Shown here: positions 1 through 10,480 of the stretch, one piece after another
Layout of the letters: every line of letters begins with the position of its first letter
Position numbering within the stretch: position 1 is the stretch's first letter
Source: a virus
Length of the DNA: 40,027 nt
Strand: one strand, 5' to 3'
UHGV virus genome: UHGV-0312859
Translations under genes and position numbers: made by a program
The notes under the pieces: model-generated
Databases searched by the model: none
The model's input: only the letters and a program-made list of their open reading frames with translations
Told to the model about the DNA's origin: nothing

Positions 1-24
1 CAAAATGGAAAGGAGACTATTAAC

Positions 25-669
25 ATGGCAGAAACAAATCAGAACCAGGGACAGCAGACACAACAGGCGGCAGGTACAGCCCAGGCACAGACACCGGCAG
101 CACAGCAGAATCAGAGCAATCAGCAGGGAGCAGCTCCAGCGATTGACTATGGAAAGATCCAGCAGATGCTTGACGGCACACTGGCAGCCAAAGAAGATAC
201 AGCGCTGAAAGCTTATTTTAAGCAGCAGGGACTCAGTCAGGCAGAGGTCGAACAGGCCATTGCAGCTTTTAAGCAGCAGAAGGCAGCCAATACTCCGGAT
301 GTTGGCGCTATGCAGGCTCAGATGGCACAGGCACAGGCTGCAGCACAGCAGGCCCAGATAAACAGCGCAGCTGTTATGGCGGCTGTATCACTTGGTATTG
401 AAGCAAGTACCATCCCTTATGTGATCAAGATGGCAGATTTCAGCCAGGTAGCAGGTCAGGATGGAAAAATCAATGAAGAAACATTAAAGGCGGCACTTAA
501 TAAGGTGCTGGAAGATGTGCCTGCTTTAAAACCCCAGGCATCCGCAGCGTCCGGATTTGTCCAGGTAGGAGCTGCAAGCGGCAGCCAGGGAACCGGACAG
601 GCCCAGCAGGCAACACAGACACAGCAGACAACGGTAGCAACAAAGCGTTGGAACCGTTGGAACAACTAA
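25..669 (+). CDS. putative head scaffolding protein (Gln/Ala-rich, low complexity)
   Basis: RBS AAAGGAG before ATG 25. Lies immediately upstream of the capsid gene. Composition is Q/A-rich and helical. Confidence 0.45.
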   Translation: MAETNQNQGQQTQQAAGTAQAQTPAAQQNQSNQQGAAPAIDYGKIQQMLDGTLAAKEDTALKAYFKQQGLSQAEVEQAIAAFKQQKAANTPDVGAMQAQMAQAQAAAQQAQINSAAVMAAVSLGIEASTIPYVIKMADFSQVAGQDGKINEETLKAALNKVLEDVPALKPQASAASGFVQVGAASGSQGTGQAQQATQTQQTTVATKRWNRWNN

Positions 670-688
670 GAAAGGATAAGGTGATAAA

Positions 689-1672
689 ATGGCAAATTTA
701 AACTATGCACAGGTATGGGAATCGGAGTTGTTAGAGATCCTCATTCAGGGAACCCTGACTTCTCCCTTTGTAACAAGTAATGTAAAATGGCTGGATGCGA
801 AAACCTTCCATTTTACCCAGATGAGCACATCCGGATATAAAAATCACAGCAGAAATGGTGGCTGGAACAGCGGAAGCTATGCGCAGACAGATATTCCGTA
901 CACACTGACTCATGACCGTGATGTGGAATTTATGATCGACAAGGCTGATGTGGATGAGACCAATGCGACCGCATCCATCCAGAATATTTCCAGGACATTT
1001 GAAAAGACCTGGGTGGTTCCGGAAACAGATGCGCTGTTCTTCTCCAAGGTAGCGCAGGCAGCTCAGAAAGAAGAAAGCTACCATTCTGCTACTGCGGCTT
1101 CCGGTTATACCAAGGCCAAGGTATTCGGCATGCTGAAAGACATCCTGGCAAAGGGGAAGCTGAGACGTTATAAGGCAAATGGTACTCTGGTCATGTATGT
1201 ATCCAGCGCGATCATGGATGCCCTGGAACAGTCCACAGAGTTCACACGCAAGATCGAAATGACCCAGATCGCAGAGGGCGGCCTGGGAATTGAAACTCGT
1301 GTGACCGACATCGACGGCGTACCGATCATGGAAGTAGTGGATGATGAGCGCTTCTATGATGCATTTGAATGGGAGCCTGAAAACGGCGGTTTTGCTCCAT
1401 TGAAAAAGGTGGCAGAGGATACCGGAAACCATGTAGCTGCTGTGACAGGAGCACACAAGATCAATGTACTGGTTGCCTGCGGACAGACCTGTAAGATCGT
1501 ACCGAAGATCTCCAGCATCTATTACTTCAATCCTGGTGCTCATACCAAGGGTGATGGCTATCTGTACCAGAACCGTTCCCTGTCTGATGTATTTGTTTTC
1601 CCGAATGGCCGTGATGGCAAGGTAGACAGTGTATACGTAGATGTGGATACCACAGAGTATACTGGAGCCTGA
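689..1672 (+). CDS. major capsid protein (putative)
   Basis: 327 aa. Position between scaffold-like and head-tail genes. RBS AAGGATAAGGTGA. Confidence 0.55.
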   Translation: MANLNYAQVWESELLEILIQGTLTSPFVTSNVKWLDAKTFHFTQMSTSGYKNHSRNGGWNSGSYAQTDIPYTLTHDRDVEFMIDKADVDETNATASIQNISRTFEKTWVVPETDALFFSKVAQAAQKEESYHSATAASGYTKAKVFGMLKDILAKGKLRRYKANGTLVMYVSSAIMDALEQSTEFTRKIEMTQIAEGGLGIETRVTDIDGVPIMEVVDDERFYDAFEWEPENGGFAPLKKVAEDTGNHVAAVTGAHKINVLVACGQTCKIVPKISSIYYFNPGAHTKGDGYLYQNRSLSDVFVFPNGRDGKVDSVYVDVDTTEYTGA

Positions 1673-1686
1673 TCGGAGGTGGTCTT

Positions 1687-2073
1687 ATGGCCTATGAGCC
1701 GTATGTAACACCGGAATACTACCAGAATGAGTACTGCGGCAGCATTGTGCCGGGAGAACAGCTTCCGGCAGCTCTGCGCCGGGCCAGCAGGCATATTGAT
1801 TCGTTGACCTATAACCGGATCCAGGGATATGGGTTTGACCATCTGACACCTTTTCAGCAGGATGTAGTTCGGGAAGTGGTATGTCTGCAGGCAGATTTTG
1901 AGACAGAAAACGCAGATGAGATCGACACGATCTTACAGAGCTATAACATTAACGGAGTGTCAGCCCAGTTCGGAAGTTCATGGAATGTGCTGACAGATAA
2001 AGGTGTAGCTATGAAGCGAGAAACCTATGCTCTGCTGTCACAGACGGGGCTGTGCTGCCGTTTAGCGAGGTGA
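1687..2073 (+). CDS. head-tail connector / gp6-like protein (putative)
   Basis: Small ORF right after the capsid gene. Position conserved in siphovirus head modules. Confidence 0.35.
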   Translation: MAYEPYVTPEYYQNEYCGSIVPGEQLPAALRRASRHIDSLTYNRIQGYGFDHLTPFQQDVVREVVCLQADFETENADEIDTILQSYNINGVSAQFGSSWNVLTDKGVAMKRETYALLSQTGLCCRLAR

Positions 2074-2077
2074 GACT

Positions 2078-2416
2078 ATGAAATATCCATGTTTAGTGCC
2101 AAAGCGGCTCTGTAAGACGCCTGTGCATGTTCATCTGGAATCGGAAGAACTGGATAATAAGGGAAGGCCGAAGTACAGCCTGGATGCGGATCTGATGTGT
2201 AATTTCCAGGATAAAGCCAAGACCATTCTGACAGCGGAAAAGAAGCTGGTGCAGATCACTGGTACTGCGCTTTTTACAGGAGACATCGCACCGGATATGC
2301 CGTCTTTAAGTGGCGGAACAGTAACGGTATTTGGTGAAGAACGCCGGATCGAGCAGGGATGCAAGAACAGGAATCCGGACGGTACGGTAAATTACTGCAG
2401 TCTGGAGGTGATCTGA
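2078..2416 (+). CDS. head-tail adaptor / head closure protein (putative)
   Basis: Synteny only. Its stop overlaps the next start (TGATG). Confidence 0.35.
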   Translation: MKYPCLVPKRLCKTPVHVHLESEELDNKGRPKYSLDADLMCNFQDKAKTILTAEKKLVQITGTALFTGDIAPDMPSLSGGTVTVFGEERRIEQGCKNRNPDGTVNYCSLEVI

Positions 2417-2796
2417 TGCAGGTAAAGTCAACTATAAAGCTGAACATGCCCCGTATCAGCCAGCTGACCCGTGCAGCAGTAGTTGCTTTGAAGCAGACGG
2501 CGGAAGCGCTGCATACGGAAGTGGTACAGGCACAGGTCATGCCGTTTGATACTGGCAACCTGCAGAATGAAAGCACCTTCGTGGACACCAGTGAAGCTTC
2601 TAACGGAAAAGTAAGCCTGGTATCCAGCACGCCATATGCAAGGCGGCTGTATTATCATCCGGAATATCAGTTCCAGAAGTATGAAAATCCTTTTGCAGGC
2701 GGTAAATGGTTTGAGCCATGGCTTCCGGGAGGTGTCAGCTCCGGTTTTTGCAGGGAAGCCTTTAAGAAGTTTTATAAAAAGGCGGGTGGCGTATGA
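2416..2796 (+). CDS. HK97 gp10-like neck / tail-completion protein
   Basis: Motif MPFDTGNLQ typical of HK97 gp10-like proteins. RBS GGAGGTG before ATG 2416 (internal Met of the listed ORF). Confidence 0.5.
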   Translation: MQVKSTIKLNMPRISQLTRAAVVALKQTAEALHTEVVQAQVMPFDTGNLQNESTFVDTSEASNGKVSLVSSTPYARRLYYHPEYQFQKYENPFAGGKWFEPWLPGGVSSGFCREAFKKFYKKAGGV

Positions 2797-3200
2797 TGCT
2801 GCGGTTAACGGACATACAGGATTGGATCATTTCTCTTGGAATTGCAGAAGAGAGCCATGTTTATATCGGCAAACTGGATAATAAACAGCAGAAATCCATA
2901 GGTATTTATAACCGAAGTGGATCCGGACCACCCAATATTGCTTTAGGTGGCCTGGAATACACTACCTATGATACAAAGCAGCTCTCTCTTCTGGTCCATT
3001 GGAACAGGGACAAACCGGAAAGTGAAGAAGCTGCTTATCAACTATTTGAGAAACTTAGAAGCATATCCAGTCTGGACATAGGAGATACCCACATTAATTA
3101 TCTTCGTTTAATGGTTCCTGAACCCCAGGACGTAGGAACGGATGATAATGGGGTATATGAATATGTGATCTGGCTGGATCTTATCTATCAGAGAAAGTGA
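2793..3200 (+). CDS. tail terminator / tail completion protein (putative)
   Basis: Synteny between the gp10-like gene and the major tail gene. Confidence 0.35.
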   Translation: MMLRLTDIQDWIISLGIAEESHVYIGKLDNKQQKSIGIYNRSGSGPPNIALGGLEYTTYDTKQLSLLVHWNRDKPESEEAAYQLFEKLRSISSLDIGDTHINYLRLMVPEPQDVGTDDNGVYEYVIWLDLIYQRK

Positions 3201-3210
3201 GGAATGTGTA

Positions 3211-3666
3211 ATGAGTGAAGTAGGAGGAAAAGTATATCCTGTACACAATAACGTGTTTAAATTTGGTACAAAGGGTATGGACAGCGTGGACGGCGATATG
3301 GTAATGCCTGCGGATCTGGAGAACTTTGCGCCAACCATTGACGGTACCACAGAAGAATGGTATGCCATGGACGCAGAAGGCTGGGCCAAATCTGCTATGA
3401 CTGGCAAAAAACTCAGCTTTGCTTTTAAGGGAAAGCGTTCCGTAGGTGATGCCGGAAATGATTATATCGCAGGCCTTGCATGGAAATTTGGCCAGGATGT
3501 AATGACCAAGTTTGAGTGGACCATGACATCCGGGGCTAAGCTGGCTTGTGATGTAGTAGTAAATGTGACTACCCCAGGAGGCGGTGATACAACGAATATC
3601 GATGCCCTGGAGTTTGAGGTTACCTGTTATGGAAAACCAACCTATACACCGGTAGTGGCAGCGTAA
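3211..3666 (+). CDS. major tail (tube) protein
   Basis: 151 aa. Directly upstream of chaperone ORFs and the tape measure. RBS AGGAGGAAAAG. Confidence 0.55.
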   Translation: MSEVGGKVYPVHNNVFKFGTKGMDSVDGDMVMPADLENFAPTIDGTTEEWYAMDAEGWAKSAMTGKKLSFAFKGKRSVGDAGNDYIAGLAWKFGQDVMTKFEWTMTSGAKLACDVVVNVTTPGGGDTTNIDALEFEVTCYGKPTYTPVVAA

Positions 3667-3682
3667 AAGGAGACAATGAGCA

Positions 3683-3982
3683 ATGGCTAAAGTAGTAGAT
3701 ATTACAGATAAGCTTATATTTGATGGGAATCCATGCCTGATGATCAATGGAGAAAAACTGGAGGTAAATGCAGATGCTCCTACCATGATGAAAGTAATTA
3801 ATGTTACAAGAAATGGTGGAACTTCAGAAGAAAATATGAATGAATTATACGAACTGGTATTTCCAGAAAAATCCAGAAAGGTAATTGATTCGTTGAAACT
3901 GCTGGTTCCAGATTGGATGACTGTCATTCAGGAGGCCATAAAGTTGATCACAGGAGATATCACAGGCCAGGGAGAGCGCTGA
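3683..3982 (+). CDS. tail assembly chaperone (gpG-like)
   Basis: About 100 aa, between tail tube and tape measure. The downstream reading frame is open from 3948, overlapping its 3' end. Confidence 0.45.
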   Translation: MAKVVDITDKLIFDGNPCLMINGEKLEVNADAPTMMKVINVTRNGGTSEENMNELYELVFPEKSRKVIDSLKLLVPDWMTVIQEAIKLITGDITGQGER

Positions 3983-4031
3983 CCCGTACTACGACCTGTT
4001 TGAAGACTGGGACCTGATCATTTCCAGTTTC

Positions 4032-4316
4032 ATGACGCAGTACGGGTTGCGTATAAGGACGAAAGAGTTTGAAACGGTCAGCTGGGATGAGTTCCGTTCC
4101 CTGCTGGCCGGACTTGGACCGGAAACTCCCCTGGGCCGGGTGGTAGCGATACGTTCTGAAACAGATGATAATGTGATCAAACATTTTACCACTGATCAGC
4201 GAAGGATCCATGACAGCTGGCGTAAACATCAGATGGAGCAGATGACTCCGGAGGCTTATGACAGGGAAATGGAAGGTCTGGAAAGGATGTTCGCTGCATT
4301 ATGCGGAGGTGGTTGA
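4032..4316 (+). CDS. tail assembly chaperone partner ORF (gpT-like?)
   Basis: No SD before ATG 4032. Frame open from 3948 and overlaps the upstream ORF by 35 nt in the +1 frame. Confidence 0.35.
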   Translation: MTQYGLRIRTKEFETVSWDEFRSLLAGLGPETPLGRVVAIRSETDDNVIKHFTTDQRRIHDSWRKHQMEQMTPEAYDREMEGLERMFAALCGGG

Positions 4317-4464
4317 AATTGAAAAAGTAAAGCATGAAAAAGTCCGGTGCCCGTATTGCGGGCATCCGGTCAATGCCATGAAGTCAGAAGATGCCAAATG
4401 CAAGGGCATCTTTTTTAAATGCAAAAATAAGGAATGCAGGAAAATATTTGAGTTAAAGATCTAA
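4258..4464 (+). CDS. small C4 zinc-ribbon protein
   Basis: CPYCG...CKNKEC pair of CxxC motifs. Overlaps the preceding ORF and sits just before the tape measure gene. Confidence 0.3.
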   Translation: MTGKWKVWKGCSLHYAEVVEIEKVKHEKVRCPYCGHPVNAMKSEDAKCKGIFFKCKNKECRKIFELKI

Positions 4465-4503
4465 GACGCTGTGCCGATGTGCCTGTCTTAACGAAAAGGG
4501 CAG

Positions 4504-7500
4504 GTGATATATATGGCAGCAGACAGCGTAGGCCAGATCGGGCTTGATCTGGTAGTAAATAAAAATGAGTTTGACAGTCAGATGCTGGGGATACAGAATC
4601 TGGCAAAAAAAGCTGGCAAAGCACTTGCAGCTGCTTTTGCAGTCAAAAAAGTATTTGACTTTGGAAAGTCCTGTATAGAATTAGGCTCTGATCTGGCAGA
4701 AGTCCAGAACGTAGTTGATGTTACATTTTCCCAGATGAGCAAACAGGTAGATAAGTTTGCCCAGAATGCAGCCACTCAGTTTGGATTGTCTGAGACCATG
4801 GCAAAGCGGTTTACCGGTACTTTTGGAGCTATGGCAAAGGCATTTGGCTTCAGTGAGAAAGCTGCATATGACATGTCCACAACTCTTACTGGTCTTGCCG
4901 GAGATGTGGCATCTTTCTACAACATCAGTCAGGATGAGGCATACACGAAGTTAAAGTCTGTATTCACTGGTGAAACAGAAAGCCTGAAAGACCTGGGCAT
5001 TGTTATGACCCAGACGGCTCTTGACAGCTATGCTATGGCAAATGGCTTCGGAAAGACTACAGCAAAGATGTCGGAAATGGAAAAGGTTGCCCTGCGGTAT
5101 AAGTTTGTACAGGATCAGCTGACAACGGCAGCAGGTGACTTTTCCAGGACATCCACTGGCTGGGCGAACCAGGTCCGTATCTTACAGCTGCAGTTTGACA
5201 GCTTAAAGGCAACCATAGGACAGGGGCTTATAGCTGCATTATCCCCGGTCATCCAGGTGATCAACGCAGTCATTGGTAAAATACTCAGCCTGGCGAATGC
5301 ATTTAAAGCTTTTTTTGCCTTGATGTCTGGTGGTAAAGATTCAGGAGCATCCGCAACTGCAGCTGGTATGGAAGCTGTAGCTGTCGCAGCAGATAAAGCT
5401 GGAACGGCTGCTTCCGGTGCTGGGAATGCTGCAAAGAAAGCTGCTAAGGATATCAAAACGGCTACCACTGGTATTGATGAGCTTAATATCTTAAACCCGG
5501 ATAGTGGTTCAGATAGCGGAAGCGGATCTGGCGGTAGTGGAGCAGGCGGCTACAATGCAGATGACTTTGATATGGGAACACTTCCGGAACAGGAAGATAT
5601 AGTCAGTGGTAAGCTGCGGAAGATAGCTGACCTGCTGAACCAGTTAAAAGATTCTTTTACAAGTGGTTTTTGGGATGCTTTTGGCGACACATCTGTATTT
5701 GATTCGATCCAAAGCAGCATCCAGTCCATAAAAGACAGCCTTGGGAATATTTTTACTGATTCTGATGTGCAGACAGCGGCTTTAGGTTTTGCCAATACAC
5801 TGGCCCAGTCCTTAGGACAAGTTACAGGTTCTGTAGCAAGTATCGGTGCAACGATCGCAGATAACCTTCTGGGCGGTATTAGCAGGTACCTGGAACAGAA
5901 TAAAGGCCGCATTAAAGACTATCTGGTCCAGATGTTTAATATTGGCGGTGAGATTGCGACATTAGTTGGAAATTTCACAAGTTCCATTGCGGGGATCTTT
6001 ACTGTATTTCGCAGTGACTCAGCGAAACAGATCACAGCTGATATAATAGGTATTTTCAGTAGTTCCTTTATGGGAGTTACAAAATTAGGCAGTAAATTTG
6101 TCCGGGATCTGATCCAGGTTATAACAAAGCCTATAACCGATAATGCTGGTCAGATCAAAGAACGGATACAGGGGCTATTAGACGAACTGCAGCCTATATT
6201 TGATAAGCTGAAAGAATTAATTGATAAGATATGGGATGGCCTGAATACAGCTTATGATACTGTTGCAAAGCCAGTATTTGATGCATTTACAGAAGCGATA
6301 TCCTCAGTTGTGGACTGGATAACAGAAACTCAGACACGCTTTGACGGAGCTATTGGAGTTGTTGCTGCTTTCTTTGGGGCATGGGAAGTTGTAAAACTTG
6401 GTGAATTCATCATTAATGCTGGTGGCGTCGTATCAATGCTTTCTGGAATGGTAGCTGGTTTTGTAGCAAATGCGGCTGCTATTGCAACACATACAGCAGC
6501 GCTTATAGCAGATAAGCTGGAGACAGCCGCTATTGTTGCTATGTATGCCAAAGATTTTGTAGTAAACCTGGCGCAAGGAACAGCGGCCCTGGTGCAGCAG
6601 GCGGCCCAGTTTGTTATCAATACTGCAGCAAAGATAGCAGATACCGCAGCTCAGATTGCCATGACTGCGGCTACAGTGGCATGGAATGCTGTATGTGCGA
6701 TCGCAACAACGGTTACTACTGCTTTAGGTGCGGCCATTGCATTCCTTACCAGTCCGATCGGTTTTGTTATCATTGCTATAACAGCGCTGATTACGGCTGG
6801 AGTTCTTCTGTATCAGCATTGGGATGAAGTCAAAAAGTTTGCAGCCGAAGCCTGGGAAGCAATTAAAAAGACAATAAATAATGCCATCGATGCGGTTAAG
6901 GTGTTCATATCCAGTACGCTTGAACTGATAAAAACAGCCTGGGAAACTAAGTGGAACCAGATCAAGGCATTTGCATCTAACCTATGGAATGCGATCAAAG
7001 CTCTTGCGACATCCATTTTCGAAGCGATCAGAGACAAGCTTTCCGAGATCTGGGACAGTGTAAAAAGCACCATTGAAGAAAAATGGAACGCTATCAAGGA
7101 TTGGTTTGAAGATATCTGGAAAAAGATCAAAGAAGTGTTTAAACCGGATGCAATGATCGAGGTCGGAAAGAGCATCATGAACAAACTCTGGGACGGCTTA
7201 AAATCCGTCTGGGGTTCCATTGCCGGATGGCTGCAAGGCTGTGCTGATTTTGTCGGCGGTGTTTGGGACGGTATTGTGGAAGGCGCGAAGAGTATTTTCA
7301 AGAGTGCTAAAGAAGACGCCGAAGATGATGAGGCAGATGACAGTGATGACTGGGACTATGGTACCAATTCGCCGGTATCCGGTCATGCTTCTGGTGGATT
7401 CCCTAAATCTGGTCAGATGTTCGTAGCCCGTGAGGACGGTATCCCGGAGATGGTTGGAAGCTGGGGAGGCCGTGCAGCAGTTGCAAATAACCAGCAGATC

Positions 7501-7857
7501 ACCCAGGGTATTACCCAGGCAGTCCAGAATGGCATGCGTTCCTGTATGGCTCCGCTTGTATCCATGATGTCAAGTGTAGCAGGTAATGCAGCACCACCGC
7601 TGGCAGTAACAGGCCGTGCAGCTGTTTATGAAAATGATGATGACAGGCTTATGAACCTGGTAAGCCGTGCTGTGGCATTATCACAGAATGGTACCGGTAT
7701 GGATGATTCACGTATCGCGCGCATCCAGGAACTCTTAGAGCGCATTGTGGACCTGATCGAAGCCATGGACCTGACAGTGAGCATTGATATCCGTGATGTA
7801 AAGAAGAAACTGACGGATCTGGAAAAGAGAAGCGGTTACACGTTAAGAACAACGTAA
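4504..7857 (+). CDS. tail tape measure protein
   Basis: 1117 aa with a long helical A/G-rich region. Shows periodic Trp-containing repeats (AWETKWNQIK, IWDSVKS, KWNAIKDWFEDIWKKI) and a C-terminal acidic stretch. Confidence 0.9.
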   Translation: MIYMAADSVGQIGLDLVVNKNEFDSQMLGIQNLAKKAGKALAAAFAVKKVFDFGKSCIELGSDLAEVQNVVDVTFSQMSKQVDKFAQNAATQFGLSETMAKRFTGTFGAMAKAFGFSEKAAYDMSTTLTGLAGDVASFYNISQDEAYTKLKSVFTGETESLKDLGIVMTQTALDSYAMANGFGKTTAKMSEMEKVALRYKFVQDQLTTAAGDFSRTSTGWANQVRILQLQFDSLKATIGQGLIAALSPVIQVINAVIGKILSLANAFKAFFALMSGGKDSGASATAAGMEAVAVAADKAGTAASGAGNAAKKAAKDIKTATTGIDELNILNPDSGSDSGSGSGGSGAGGYNADDFDMGTLPEQEDIVSGKLRKIADLLNQLKDSFTSGFWDAFGDTSVFDSIQSSIQSIKDSLGNIFTDSDVQTAALGFANTLAQSLGQVTGSVASIGATIADNLLGGISRYLEQNKGRIKDYLVQMFNIGGEIATLVGNFTSSIAGIFTVFRSDSAKQITADIIGIFSSSFMGVTKLGSKFVRDLIQVITKPITDNAGQIKERIQGLLDELQPIFDKLKELIDKIWDGLNTAYDTVAKPVFDAFTEAISSVVDWITETQTRFDGAIGVVAAFFGAWEVVKLGEFIINAGGVVSMLSGMVAGFVANAAAIATHTAALIADKLETAAIVAMYAKDFVVNLAQGTAALVQQAAQFVINTAAKIADTAAQIAMTAATVAWNAVCAIATTVTTALGAAIAFLTSPIGFVIIAITALITAGVLLYQHWDEVKKFAAEAWEAIKKTINNAIDAVKVFISSTLELIKTAWETKWNQIKAFASNLWNAIKALATSIFEAIRDKLSEIWDSVKSTIEEKWNAIKDWFEDIWKKIKEVFKPDAMIEVGKSIMNKLWDGLKSVWGSIAGWLQGCADFVGGVWDGIVEGAKSIFKSAKEDAEDDEADDSDDWDYGTNSPVSGHASGGFPKSGQMFVAREDGIPEMVGSWGGRAAVANNQQITQGITQAVQNGMRSCMAPLVSMMSSVAGNAAPPLAVTGRAAVYENDDDRLMNLVSRAVALSQNGTGMDDSRIARIQELLERIVDLIEAMDLTVSIDIRDVKKKLTDLEKRSGYTLRTT

Positions 7858-7871
7858 GGAGGCGGCAACAA

Positions 7872-8249
7872 ATGGCAGTAATAACGATCAATGGCCGGGA
7901 GTTCCCGGCTCCTGATGTAGGTGGTAATCTTGTGGTCGCAACCAATGTCAGCTCCGGAAAAAACGCAAATGGCGAATTTGTTGGACAGAAGGTTGGCAGG
8001 GATCAATATAAATTCGATGCATTGCAGTGGAAATTCCTGGATGCAGCTACCTGGTCAGCTATGTTGCAGGAATTTGACAAATTTGTAGTGACCGCCCGGA
8101 TCCCGGATATGGTAAACAATCGTTTCCAGACAATCCGCATGTATCCGGGAAACCGTACAGCCACGCCGGTGGAATTTAATGGATCAGGGCTTCCTACAAA
8201 GTACCGGGACTGTAAGGTCAACATCATAGACTGCGGGGTGATAGAATAA
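7872..8249 (+). CDS. tail component (distal-tail-like, short)
   Basis: First ORF after the tape measure. Only 125 aa. Confidence 0.3.
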   Translation: MAVITINGREFPAPDVGGNLVVATNVSSGKNANGEFVGQKVGRDQYKFDALQWKFLDAATWSAMLQEFDKFVVTARIPDMVNNRFQTIRMYPGNRTATPVEFNGSGLPTKYRDCKVNIIDCGVIE

Positions 8250-10480
8250 TGCAAGCTGTAAGCAATGCATATAAACAGGAAATGAAAAAGCAGTATCGTG
8301 ATCATTCCTATATGCGCGTCAGTATTGGCCTGATCAATCAGGAGGCCCAGGCATCTGCTTATATACCTGATCAGGAGAAATATGCTTATTATAGCAATCT
8401 GACCTGGCCACTCAACAACTATGAGGTTTCGGAACTGTATGAAACCTGTGACCAGGATTACAGTACCGTAGATGGGAGTATGTATTTTTTGCCAAGGGAA
8501 CGTCAGGATGCAGTCCTTAACCAGGGGATCGTTACAGATGATCTTTTAGGTGAGGTTGAGATCCGTTTTCCGGTACAGCACGATATAAAAGGTCTCACAG
8601 TAGAATTTGGCAAAGCGTATCCTGTGGATTTTTCCATTGTATCAGATGAACATACGGTTGAGATCACAGGGAATGATACAGGGCATTTTGTGACGGAAGA
8701 GATCTTTCCTGGTGCAACATTTCTCCGGTTTGTGCCAAAGGATATGGTCAATGGGCAAAGCCGGCTGCGGATCCACCGTATCACGATGGGGATCGGTATC
8801 TACTTTGATAACCAGAAGATATTGTCAGCCACAAAGAAAGAGCGAATCAGTCCTGTTATGGAAGATCTGCCATCCATTGATCTGAACATAACCATTGATA
8901 ATAAAAACCGTGCATATGACATTGAAAATGAAGAGAGTACGGTAAATTTCCTGGAAAATGGCCAGGAGATCAATGTGATTTACGGTCAGGAGCTGGATGA
9001 TGGAAATGTGGAGTGGATGCCCGGTACCACGGTATATCTGCGGGAATGGTCTGCAGATGATGAAGAAATGAGTTTTACTGCTACAGACCGTTTTGATGGC
9101 ATGGATGAAACTTACCGCCGCGGAAAATATTATCCTGATGGAATAAGCCTGTATGATCTTGCAGTTGATGTCTTTGGCGATGCCGGAATAGACAGCCGTA
9201 CCTATTGGCTTGATAATTATCTAAAAGATGTTATGGTTTATAATCCAATGCCAGTAGTATCCCATAAAGAAGCACTGCAGCTGATCGCAAATGCCGGACG
9301 CTGTATTCTTTACCAGGACCGGAATGGAAATATATTTATGAAGTCCAGTTTTATACCGGACATGCAGGCAAGTTCAGCAAATGAAACTTACTTTTCTAAT
9401 ACGGCTTCAGTACTGGATGCAACAGAAAAAAGCACTTATGCCACACCGGAAAAGGATCATACAGAAGCATCAGCTGTACAGTTCTTTTTGCCATATCAGG
9501 ATAAAAACTATCTGGATGTGGGATATGTATCGGAAGCAGTAGCGGATGAAGATGGGACATTTACAGAAGATCCATTGGTGACTATCGTTCTGGAAGCGCG
9601 GTACAAGTGCTTTGGCCTTACATTGGAATTTGGAGGCAATCATCCGTCTGGTATGGTATTCCGTTCCTATTTGGGAGAGGAACTGGTGGAAGAGTATAAA
9701 ATATCTTCTCTTTCTGAAGTTACTGTGGTCAATCATGAATTCCCGGAATTTGATAAGCTGCAGCTTGAATTTTTAAAGGGAGTACCGTTTAACAGGGTAA
9801 ACCTGAAACAGATCACATTTGGGGACAGTACTGATTATGAACTGTCTTACGGCAAGGAGCTTACTAAGACGCCAAAGGGTACACAGTTATCAAGAGTCAG
9901 AGAGTTGCAGATGACCAGGACAATTTATACATCAGGGACTGAAAAGAGACAATTAGTCAGGGAGGCTGTCCCGGCAGACGAAACCAGGCATACGTTTTAT
10001 CTTAATGCAGCGGCTTATGATTATGAAATAGATGCAGCTGGTGGCACAAATGTCCAGATCATTGATAGCAGCGCATATTACGTTACGGTAGAGGTTGACG
10101 GTGGAGCAGATACGGAAGTGACCATAAATGGATATGAATACAATGTAACACAGGCGCTTGTGACCAGACAGTTAAATCCCACAGGAACTGTTGAAACGTG
10201 GGAAAATCCGCTTGTATCTACGTCAAATCATGCAGCAGATCTTGCTGAATGGATCGGAGATTATCTGCGTTCTGACCGGGAATATGATCTGGAATATCGT
10301 GGAGAACCGCGTATTGATGCAAATGATATTGTATTCCTGGAAAATAAATACGTTCCGGATCTGCTGTTGCGGATATATGAACATACATTGAAGTTTAATG
10401 GGGCATTGTCCGGCACCATAAAGGCAAGGAGGGATATGAGCAATGTGGCAACAGCCAAAAACAGACTGGCAGGCCAGTGA
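8249..10480 (+). CDS. tail-associated minor structural protein (Tal-like)
   Basis: 743 aa, second ORF after the tape measure. Stop and start share ATAATG. Confidence 0.45.
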   Translation: MQAVSNAYKQEMKKQYRDHSYMRVSIGLINQEAQASAYIPDQEKYAYYSNLTWPLNNYEVSELYETCDQDYSTVDGSMYFLPRERQDAVLNQGIVTDDLLGEVEIRFPVQHDIKGLTVEFGKAYPVDFSIVSDEHTVEITGNDTGHFVTEEIFPGATFLRFVPKDMVNGQSRLRIHRITMGIGIYFDNQKILSATKKERISPVMEDLPSIDLNITIDNKNRAYDIENEESTVNFLENGQEINVIYGQELDDGNVEWMPGTTVYLREWSADDEEMSFTATDRFDGMDETYRRGKYYPDGISLYDLAVDVFGDAGIDSRTYWLDNYLKDVMVYNPMPVVSHKEALQLIANAGRCILYQDRNGNIFMKSSFIPDMQASSANETYFSNTASVLDATEKSTYATPEKDHTEASAVQFFLPYQDKNYLDVGYVSEAVADEDGTFTEDPLVTIVLEARYKCFGLTLEFGGNHPSGMVFRSYLGEELVEEYKISSLSEVTVVNHEFPEFDKLQLEFLKGVPFNRVNLKQITFGDSTDYELSYGKELTKTPKGTQLSRVRELQMTRTIYTSGTEKRQLVREAVPADETRHTFYLNAAAYDYEIDAAGGTNVQIIDSSAYYVTVEVDGGADTEVTINGYEYNVTQALVTRQLNPTGTVETWENPLVSTSNHAADLAEWIGDYLRSDREYDLEYRGEPRIDANDIVFLENKYVPDLLLRIYEHTLKFNGALSGTIKARRDMSNVATAKNRLAGQ

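Noticed and set aside
5-208. 67-aa Arg/His-rich ORF at the window start overlapping the scaffold gene in another frame
   Set aside because: Low-complexity alternative frame of a Gln/Ala-rich gene. No ribosome-binding site.
731-1543. Long minus-strand ORFs embedded in structural genes (e.g. 731-1543, 3181-3927, 13643-14193, 34715-35398, 35479-36264, 36607-37119)
   Set aside because: They are antisense to well-supported phage genes with ribosome-binding sites and synteny. They lack SD sequences and have odd composition (Cys/His/Leu-rich), so are likely spurious.
4504-7857. Periodic Trp-containing repeats in the tape measure protein
   Set aside because: A known, common feature of tape measure proteins. 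Not novel.
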